Shown: positions 1 through 5,469 of the stretch, piece after piece
Position numbering within the stretch: position 1 is the stretch's first letter
Layout: each line of letters starts with the position of its first letter
DNA from: a virus
Direction: 5' to 3' (one strand)
Virus record (IMG/VR): IMGVR_UViG_3300045988_085462
Span: 1-42,248 of that record
DNA length: 42,248 nt
The notes under the pieces: model-generated
Told to the model about the DNA's origin: nothing
The model's database searches: none
What the model saw: only the letters and a program-made list of their open reading frames with translations
Made by a program: the position numbers and the translations under genes

Positions 1-39
1 ATCGCAAAGCTGGATGCGTATGTCCAAAGCAAAAAGTAG
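1..39 (+). CDS. int: 3' end of the integrase ORF (duplicate of 42130..42168 created by the terminal repeat)
   Basis: Translates to IAKLDAYVQSKK*, the same as the C-terminus of the 41026..42168 ORF. Confidence 0.85.
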   Translation: MAKLDAYVQSKK

Positions 40-60
40 GTCTGCAAAAAGTCTGCAAAA
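40..60 (+). repeat. Tandem GTCTGCAAAA(A) pair, putative integrase arm-type sites (int-proximal arm)
   Basis: gtctgcaaaaagtctgcaaaa lies directly after the int stop codon. The same 18-mer recurs at 236..253. Confidence 0.5.
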
Positions 61-91
61 GCAATAAAAACACGACTTGACGCGATATAAA

Positions 92-119
92 GGGGGTTCG
101 AGTCCCCTCCCTCGCACCA
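92..119 (+). other. tRNA 3'-end fragment (T-arm, 3' acceptor strand, discriminator A, CCA); probable attP core
   Basis: GGGGG-TTCGAGT-CCCCT T-arm, then CCCTCGC, A, CCA. No matching 5' acceptor strand (GCGAGGG) lies upstream, so this is a fragment and not a gene. Confidence 0.7.
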
Positions 120-123
120 AATG

Positions 124-170
124 AAAATCCGCATGAATGCTGGAAAATCCAGTGTTCATGCGGATTTTTT
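124..170. terminator. Bidirectional intrinsic terminator
   Basis: A 14-bp perfect stem, AAAATCCGCATGAA (124..137) pairing with TTCATGCGGATTTT (155..168). T-run on the plus strand and A-run (T-run on minus) on the other side. Confidence 0.75.
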
Positions 171-235
171 GTATTTACAGTAGCTCGGATACTATCGAAT
201 ACTAACCGATATCTGCACTTAATTGCTATCCGAAA

Positions 236-253
236 GTCTGCAAAAAGTCTGCA
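236..253 (+). repeat. GTCTGCAAAAAGTCTGCA, second copy of the putative arm-type site pair
   Basis: Exact 18-nt match to 40..57, on the other side of the tRNA-fragment core. Confidence 0.5.
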
Positions 254-257
254 GACC

Positions 258-899
258 TTATCCGCGCTCTACAATGCGTTCCCAGTACTCGACCAGTTTG
301 CCATCCACAGCGTCTTTGTCCTGCAAAAACGCTGCGGCCATGTCAGCGTAAAAGTTGGTGTTGTCCACGCTGTACATTTTTGCGACTTTGCCGTAGTCGC
401 TGTACATCATGTTCATGGTGGCCCAGAAGTCATTTTTGTCGCAGGTTATGCCGCGCTGTTTCGCAACGTCCTGCGTCTGTTCCAACGTCCAGTGACAGCC
501 TTTCGTACCGTCAGCGTTCACCATGTTGTCGCACCATTCCTCAGCTTCATCGTGGGTGAGGTGCTGGCGCGGCATCTTGATGGAGCGGCTGTCTGCACCG
601 CCACGCTCGTACTGTCCAGACCGCTTGTCCCATTCTCCGTCCTGCGAGAAGCCGATTTGTGGCATCTTGCGTCCATACTCTACGTCAGGGTAGCGGGGGA
701 TAGGGTAAGGGTCGATGTAGCGGTTCTCCTCCTGCGGATAGTAAGGGTAGCGGTCGTTGCCACCTTCCAGCTTACGCAGACGGCGTTCCATCTCACGCTC
801 CCTGCGGTCACGCTCTTCCTCAAGTCGGTCACGTTCCGGCTCACGATTTTTGTCGTGGTCGCGGAACATCATCATGCGGCGAAAATTAGTCTTGCCCAT
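258..899 (-). CDS. Hypothetical cargo protein: Arg/Glu-rich charged N-terminus, Pro/Tyr-rich linker, globular C-terminal domain
   Basis: 213-aa ORF with ATG preceded by AAGGAGG. Contains tracts ERDRLEEERDRREREMERRLRKLE and YPYYPQEENRYIDPYPIPRYP. The C-terminal HLTHDEAEEW..MNMMYSDY segment looks like a conserved uncharacterised Clostridia family, from memory only. Confidence 0.7.
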   Translation of the reverse strand: MGKTNFRRMMMFRDHDKNREPERDRLEEERDRREREMERRLRKLEGGNDRYPYYPQEENRYIDPYPIPRYPDVEYGRKMPQIGFSQDGEWDKRSGQYERGGADSRSIKMPRQHLTHDEAEEWCDNMVNADGTKGCHWTLEQTQDVAKQRGITCDKNDFWATMNMMYSDYGKVAKMYSVDNTNFYADMAAAFLQDKDAVDGKLVEYWERIVERG

Positions 900-912
900 A
901 ATCTATACCTCC

Positions 913-1284
913 TTAGGAAATGGACGCGGGTGCGCCAGCGTGGGAACGGCAGAAGCAGCCCAAATATTTGAACGTGCCTGTGCCAGTGGCAGACGTTGCA
1001 ACGCGGGTAGCGTAACGGGTGCGAGTGTGGATGCTCTCAGCGGTTGCCTGAGCGCAGTTGCAGTCGGTCAGAGGGTATGCGGTCGTTCCTGCGCCGATGG
1101 TAATGACCACAGGGGCGTTGATGGTGGTCGTGTCCGGGATGCTCTGGGCAACCACGATGCAATAACGCTCTCCGTTCTGGTATGCGCCAGCAGGGATATT
1201 GATGGTCAGCGTGTCATTGGCGAACGTCACCGACTGGCTCAAGACCAGATGGGGGCAGAGTTTGCAGCTTGTTTTGCAAGCCAT
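913..1284 (-). CDS. Hypothetical Cys-rich beta-type protein (123 aa)
   Basis: ATG preceded by AGGAGG. Nine Cys in total: three near the N-terminus (MACKTSCKLC), one internal (YCIV), CNC, CFC, and a beta-strand-like Thr/Ile/Val-rich body. Confidence 0.7.
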   Translation of the reverse strand: MACKTSCKLCPHLVLSQSVTFANDTLTINIPAGAYQNGERYCIVVAQSIPDTTTINAPVVITIGAGTTAYPLTDCNCAQATAESIHTRTRYATRVATSATGTGTFKYLGCFCRSHAGAPASIS

Positions 1285-1298
1285 AATGTTTTCCTCCT

Positions 1299-1334
1299 AA
1301 AAAATCAGGGGCAGAGGTGTCTTACCCCTGCCCC
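1299..1334 (-). terminator. Intrinsic terminator or attenuator inside the cargo operon
   Basis: On the minus strand, GGGGCAGGGG-taagaca-CCTCTGCCCC followed by TGATTTTTT. It lies between the 290-aa and 123-aa genes. Confidence 0.6.
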
Positions 1335-1369
1335 GATGGTTCACCCGGTGTTATCGGGGAGTGTGTTGG

Positions 1370-2242
1370 TTAGCAGCAGCCGCAGCAGTTCACGCCCAAG
1401 TTGGGGTTTGCCACCTGATAAGCGGGAATCGGACGAGGATTGACCCGGTTCAGGATGGTATCAGTCTGCTGGGACATCACGGTGGTCAGAAGCGCATTCT
1501 GCCGATCCTGAGAAGCGGCGAACTTCAGGCTCTGGTTCTCAGCGGTCAGAGTGGCGATCTTATCCTGCGTGAAGTAGTCCATCATAGCGCGGTAGTTCGC
1601 GTTGCAGTTGTCGATAACTGCGCGGGCATTGTCTGCGATAGCCTGACGGGTAGCGCAGTCCTCTGTTGCGATGGTGTACTTCAGGTCGCCGATCAGCTGC
1701 TTGTTCTCGCAGCAGCAAGATGCCAGCTGCGTGGCAAGTGCGGTCTGGCCAGCCTGCCGTGCGTTGCCCTCCTGCATGATGGCAAGGTTGATGGCGTTGT
1801 CGCCATTGGACACGCTGCGTTCCAGACCGTTCACGAGCTGTGCGTTCTGGTAGCCAAGCTGACAGATGGCGCTGTTCACGCCAGCAAAGCCGTTCGCAAT
1901 GTTGGCGTTGATGCCATTGATCTGCGCCAGCTGGTCATAGCCCAGAGAGCAGATACCGCTCTGGATACCCGCCAGAGAGCGGGAGGTGTCCTGCTGGTAG
2001 AAGCCCTCAGACAGAGCTGCGCGGGTGTCCGCACCGCCCTGACCGCTTGCTCCGGTGCCGACCAGATAGGGGATGTAGGCGTTCATGCCGTTGTCGCCGC
2101 CGTTGCGGCCATAGCCGTTTGCGCCCCAGCCGAAGATGATGGCGAGGATGATAACAGCCCAAAGACCCTCGTTGCCGAAGAATCCGCCGTTGTTATTGCC
2201 GCCGTCCTGCCCAGCCAGATAGCCAGTTGCAAAATCGTCCAT
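1370..2242 (-). CDS. Hypothetical membrane-anchored protein: Gly/Asn-rich N-terminus, one TM helix, long Asn/Gln/Ala-rich helical region, C-terminal CCGCC
   Basis: 290-aa ORF with ATG preceded by AAAGGAG. Contains GGNNNGGFFGNEGLWAVIILAIIFGWGANGYG, an internal CCC, and ends in NCCGCC. Confidence 0.75.
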   Translation of the reverse strand: MDDFATGYLAGQDGGNNNGGFFGNEGLWAVIILAIIFGWGANGYGRNGGDNGMNAYIPYLVGTGASGQGGADTRAALSEGFYQQDTSRSLAGIQSGICSLGYDQLAQINGINANIANGFAGVNSAICQLGYQNAQLVNGLERSVSNGDNAINLAIMQEGNARQAGQTALATQLASCCCENKQLIGDLKYTIATEDCATRQAIADNARAVIDNCNANYRAMMDYFTQDKIATLTAENQSLKFAASQDRQNALLTTVMSQQTDTILNRVNPRPIPAYQVANPNLGVNCCGCC

Positions 2243-2364
2243 AACAAAACTCCTTTCAGTTTTGCGTTATGCTATCCCACCGCCGTATGCGATGGGCGAA
2301 GCCAAACAAATGCGGTTTTTGTCAAGTCCGCAAAACTGAGAAGCGTTTCGCTTAAAGGGATGCG

Positions 2365-2616
2365 TTATCGAGGCAGCGTCAGATTCAGGACGCTTGCCAA
2401 CTGGTTCAGGTCGATTCCACGCTCTTTGGCGAGGTTCCGCGCCATCGTCCGAAGCTGTGCTTCGTTTTTGCCCTGAATCAGGTTCAGACCCTGCATGATA
2501 GGTGCGCTTTGCCCGCCCAACTGCTGGATAAGACCCATCGGGTTCTGCCCGGCGCGAGCCAGATTTGCAAGCTGCATGATAGGGCTGTGAGTAATCATAT
2601 CAAATGGAGAGGGCAT
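2365..2616 (-). CDS. Hypothetical small protein (83 aa)
   Basis: ATG preceded by AAGGAG, which overlaps the upstream stop codon. Tightly coupled to the 2620..3138 gene. Confidence 0.65.
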   Translation of the reverse strand: MPSPFDMITHSPIMQLANLARAGQNPMGLIQQLGGQSAPIMQGLNLIQGKNEAQLRTMARNLAKERGIDLNQLASVLNLTLPR

Positions 2617-2619
2617 CGC

Positions 2620-3138
2620 TTATTCTCCTTTCTTCGCTGCGGTAGCGGGCTTAGAAAAGCTCTTCTGCCATTTTTCCAGTTCATCCAGTCGGTGGACAAG
2701 GGCATTGTACTGCTCAATAGGCACATACTGCTGTGTCGGTGCAGCGGTCTGCTGCGCCTGTTGTGCTTGCATCTGTCGCCATGCTTCCGGGCTGTAAAAC
2801 TCCTGTACATAGGATTCACAGGTGTCCGGGTTGAGCCGCTTGCAGTAGATCACGCCACTGCGCAAGTCCGGGCAATAGGTCGGTCTGCCGTACAGGTCTG
2901 ACGGTATCGCCAGAAATTCTTCCCTGCTGGAAACAGGTCTGCCGAGTAACCAACCTCCGTCCTGTGCCGACTGCTGAACAGGCTGCTGCCCATTCATCGG
3001 CTGCGGACGCTGCGGCTGTGCCTGTTGCATCTGTGTGTTCGGCAGGGGAGTGGCAAGCCCGACTGCGCCCATGCCGCCGTAAGGATTGACAGGCTGCTGC
3101 GGAACGTAGGGTGTTCCGGGTGTCGGATAATAGCTCAT
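2620..3138 (-). CDS. Hypothetical protein with Pro/Gln-rich N-terminal half (172 aa)
   Basis: ATG preceded by AAGGAGGG. The first ~65 residues are P/Q/G-rich, and there is a second Q-rich tract (QMQAQQAQQTAAPTQQ). Confidence 0.7.
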   Translation of the reverse strand: MSYYPTPGTPYVPQQPVNPYGGMGAVGLATPLPNTQMQQAQPQRPQPMNGQQPVQQSAQDGGWLLGRPVSSREEFLAIPSDLYGRPTYCPDLRSGVIYCKRLNPDTCESYVQEFYSPEAWRQMQAQQAQQTAAPTQQYVPIEQYNALVHRLDELEKWQKSFSKPATAAKKGE

Positions 3139-3189
3139 AAAACATCCCTCCTTGTGCTCTCAGTGTACCGCATCGGCAAAAAACAAAGG

Positions 3190-3210
3190 ACAACGAAGGT
3201 ACAACGAAGG
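3190..3210. repeat. Tandem 10/11-bp repeat (ACAACGAAGG x2) upstream of the cargo operon
   Basis: ggacaacgaaggtacaacgaaggac lies between the minus-strand terminator at 3213..3252 and the 3138 start codon. Confidence 0.6.
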
Positions 3211-3212
3211 AC

Positions 3213-3252
3213 AAAAAAGAAAAGCGCCCACACGGAAAAACCGCATGAGCGC
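3213..3252 (-). terminator. Intrinsic terminator insulating the cargo operon from upstream (late or lysis) transcription
   Basis: On the minus strand, GCGCTCATGCGG-ttttt-CCGTGTGGGCGC (12-bp stem with G-U pairs) followed by TTTTCTTTTTT. Confidence 0.65.
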
Positions 3253-3480
3253 TTAACTATTAAAGGACTTCGCATTGGAAGCAAAACTAAAATATCACGT
3301 TTCTGCTTGCAAGGCAAGGGTTTCGACAAAACTAGTGCAAATAAAACAAAATCCCACACTTTGCCTACAAAGTACCCCGCGTGGCACGCAGGGCTTCGGC
3401 AAAGCAGGGGATTTCAGATATCCGCCCTCTTGTGCTTCTTCGAGAGGCCGGGTGGATTTGTTGATGTTATTTTACCACAA

Positions 3481-3624
3481 TCAATCTGTTACGACAAGAA
3501 CCAGTGCGGGGCCGTTGACGCTGACCGCTGCGTCCTGATAGGTCTCGACAACAGTCGTTTCCACGCCCTCGCGTTTGCGAAGCTCTGTAATAAGATTGGC
3601 GGTCGGAACATTTTCGAGGTTCAC
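3481..3624 (-). CDS. BC1881-like small phage protein (47 aa, GTG start); below the ORF-track cutoff
   Basis: AAAGGAG RBS then GTG. VNLENVPTANLITELRKREGVETTVVETYQDAAVSVNGPALVLVVTD matches the remembered pattern of the small Firmicute-prophage family (..EL..EL.kReGVe......y......v.GPa.vlvV). Confidence 0.55.
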   Translation of the reverse strand: MNLENVPTANLITELRKREGVETTVVETYQDAAVSVNGPALVLVVTD

Positions 3625-3926
3625 GGTGAGCTCCTTTCGTCTAGCTTTTCATCAATAACTTTCAGCCGGTAGCCTATCGCCGTCCGACTGTAATGTGTCT
3701 GTGCTGCAATGTCCGGCAGCGGAAGCCGCTCAACATACCGCAGTAAGGCTATCTTACGGTCTACCCTCCCAAGCGGTGCGCTTTTGATGGCGGCGATCAT
3801 CCTCTGTCTGTCAAGTCCTCGCAGCGCAGCGGGCAGCACTACGCGAGCCGCCGCCACGGGCAGCACCGAGCCAGAAGGGCTGCGGCAGCTGTCCAGCGTT
3901 GCGCACCATATTGCCAATGCTGGCAA
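3621..3926 (-). CDS. Sigma-70 region-4 / ArpU-like HTH segment; start uncertain, possibly the C-terminal part of a split gene
   Basis: The C-terminal RVDRKIALLRYVERLPLPDIAAQTHYSRTAIGYRLKVIDEKL looks like a region-4 type HTH. The N-terminal third of the ORF looks like out-of-frame sequence. The first internal ATG is at 3800. Confidence 0.45.
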   Translation of the reverse strand: MPALAIWCATLDSCRSPSGSVLPVAAARVVLPAALRGLDRQRMIAAIKSAPLGRVDRKIALLRYVERLPLPDIAAQTHYSRTAIGYRLKVIDEKLDERSSP

Positions 3927-4029
3927 ACTGGTGACGTTTTGTCACCAGTTTCGTGATGTCACGAAATTGCTCTTGTGTGGCGTACATTTTGTTGGCGTCA
4001 ACAAAATGCTCGTATGTAGTGCTTGCCAT
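3811..4029 (-). CDS. Hypothetical protein (72 aa); possibly the N-terminal part of the same ArpU-like gene
   Basis: AAGGAGG RBS then ATG at 4029 (MASTTYEHFVDANK..). The last ~20 codons (GAARGGGSRSAARCAART) look non-coding and overlap the 3621..3926 frame, which is offset by +1. Confidence 0.5.
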   Translation of the reverse strand: MASTTYEHFVDANKMYATQEQFRDITKLVTKRHQFASIGNMVRNAGQLPQPFWLGAARGGGSRSAARCAART

Positions 4030-4039
4030 GATATCCTCC

Positions 4040-4381
4040 TTACTGCTTTTGCAGGGCTGCTCTTGCCCGGTCAAAGAAAAACTGAATCACTTTGCTCATG
4101 GTCTCTTCGGTGATTGCCCAGCTGACCAGCCTGCCCCACCGGCTGTTGTTCAGGTAGTGGCGCAGCATCTTGACGCACCACGCCTTGCGCTCTGCGCCGC
4201 GCTTGGTGCCCTGAATCTCTTTCTCAGCTTGGTCGATGAGGTCAAGCACAAGCGTCCTGACCGCTGCGCCGTAGCCCAGACGGATAAGTCCCAGCACAAG
4301 CGACACAGCGCCCACAACGATGAGCACAAACGCCAGCCACGAGGGCAGCGGGGTGAGAATGGTGTTAAGGATTGCTTCCAT
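4040..4381 (-). CDS. Holin, LL-H-like (N-terminal TM helix plus soluble C-terminal domain)
   Basis: 113 aa with a TM segment WLAFVLIVVGAVSLVLGLI. Sits in the lysis cassette downstream of the endolysin. The family call is from memory of LL-H holin architecture. Confidence 0.6.
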   Translation of the reverse strand: MEAILNTILTPLPSWLAFVLIVVGAVSLVLGLIRLGYGAAVRTLVLDLIDQAEKEIQGTKRGAERKAWCVKMLRHYLNNSRWGRLVSWAITEETMSKVIQFFFDRARAALQKQ

Positions 4382-4754
4382 GATTGGTTACTCCTTTCAA
4401 CAGGTAATTGTTAATGTCGGTCTTGCTTTTTTGCATACCTTCGCGGTTATTGCCGGACAGTTGCGAATCCAAAAGGTTCTGCACGCCAACGAGAACAAGG
4501 CGCATTTCTTCATCGAGGCCGTCAAATCGCCGGAGGTCTCTTGCAAGGGCTTGTGTATGCTGGAGCTGCCCCTGTTCCAATGTGCCGACGCGCTTGTCCA
4601 GCTCATCTAGCCGCTTGTTCTGCGCGTTGTCCGGCTCCTGTGCCTTTTTGATGTACTTATGGATGATTTCCAGCACCTTGTCGATCGTGATGGCAGCGGC
4701 GCACAGGCTGCCCAAGATGCCCAGCACCCACAGCAAAGCTTCTTTTTCGGTCAT
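4365..4754 (-). CDS. Membrane-anchored coiled-coil protein of the lysis cassette (129 aa)
   Basis: Start at the internal ATG 4754, overlapping the endolysin stop as ATGA. TM segment LLWVLGILGSLCAAAITI followed by a heptad-like region. The longer track ORF (to 4913) overlaps the endolysin out of frame. Confidence 0.65.
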   Translation of the reverse strand: MTEKEALLWVLGILGSLCAAAITIDKVLEIIHKYIKKAQEPDNAQNKRLDELDKRVGTLEQGQLQHTQALARDLRRFDGLDEEMRLVLVGVQNLLDSQLSGNNREGMQKSKTDINNYLLKGVTNHGSNP

Positions 4755-5434
4755 TTGCCCTCCCGAAGACGGGTCAGACCCTTCTTTGCGATGATTTTTG
4801 CGTAGTCCTTGTAGGGCACCGACAAGTCCACGCCGGAAATCTTGCCCGGTATCGCGTCCACAACACCGGGAATCTTGCCCTTGCTGGTGTACTGCCACAA
4901 GCCGAAGTTCCATTCTGGTTCAGGCTTTTTGCTGCGGTAGGCTGCCAGCCACACGTCATACGGCTTGAGCGCCGCGCCGGTCATGTACAGGTTATCACGG
5001 GCGAAATACAGCCCGGTGTACAGCATGGCGTAAAAGCCCCAGCGCTCTACCGTGCCCAGCGCATGGGCGGCAATGTCGGTCAGGGTCTGCTTGTCGAGCG
5101 GTGCTTGCACATAGCTGTCCTCAATGTCCACCGCCACCGGCAGCTGCACCGTCTTGCCGGTCAGCACCTTGCGCAGCAGGGCAAGTTCTGCGTCTGCTTC
5201 TGCCGTGTTGACCGCCTTGCAGTAGTAGTACACGCCACAGGGGATGCCCAGTCTCTGGCACTCGCGGTAATTGCGCTCAAAGGTTGGGTCGATGTACGGC
5301 TTGCTGGGCGCGTCTTTCGCGCTGTTGCCCAGCGCCCGCAGCATCACGCCGGAGACAAGGCCGCTTGCCTTGACCTTGTCCCAGTCGATGTTACCCTGCC
5401 AGCGGGAAACGTCTAAAATAGTTTTTGCCATCAT
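4751..5434 (-). CDS. Endolysin, GH25 muramidase catalytic domain only
   Basis: N-terminal DVSRWQGNIDWDKVK motif and overall GH25 (Cpl-1-like) pattern. 227 aa, with no recognisable wall-binding repeats. Confidence 0.85.
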   Translation of the reverse strand: MMAKTILDVSRWQGNIDWDKVKASGLVSGVMLRALGNSAKDAPSKPYIDPTFERNYRECQRLGIPCGVYYYCKAVNTAEADAELALLRKVLTGKTVQLPVAVDIEDSYVQAPLDKQTLTDIAAHALGTVERWGFYAMLYTGLYFARDNLYMTGAALKPYDVWLAAYRSKKPEPEWNFGLWQYTSKGKIPGVVDAIPGKISGVDLSVPYKDYAKIIAKKGLTRLREGK

Positions 5435-5469
5435 GTCACGTCCTTTCTGTTAGTGGGATAATGCCCTCT

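Larger units (their letters stand above)
1..119 (+). repeat. Terminal direct repeat, copy 1 (identical to 42130..42248)
   Basis: Compared base by base by eye: atcgcaaagctggatgcg...ccctcgcacca occurs at both ends of the window. Confidence 0.95.

Noticed and set aside
1-119. Interpretation of the end repeats as attL/attR of an integrated prophage
   Set aside because: The repeat includes 39 nt of integrase coding sequence and no flanking bacterial genes are present. It is an end overlap of a circular or terminally redundant phage sequence.
1361-2476. Long plus-strand ORFs lying antisense to the minus-strand genes (for example 1361..2476, 7989..9077, 11322..12116, 16638..17867, 18542..19312, 28418..29299, 31600..32190)
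   Set aside because: They are shadow ORFs typical of GC-rich DNA. They have no RBS and low-complexity Ala/Arg/Gly/Val-rich translations. Each fully overlaps a minus-strand gene that has clear family motifs and operon logic.
3025-3672. 215-aa plus-strand ORF covering the 3139..3480 intergenic region
   Set aside because: It has no RBS. It runs through the minus-strand terminator and the BC1881-like gene. The composition changes along it as expected for non-coding sequence.
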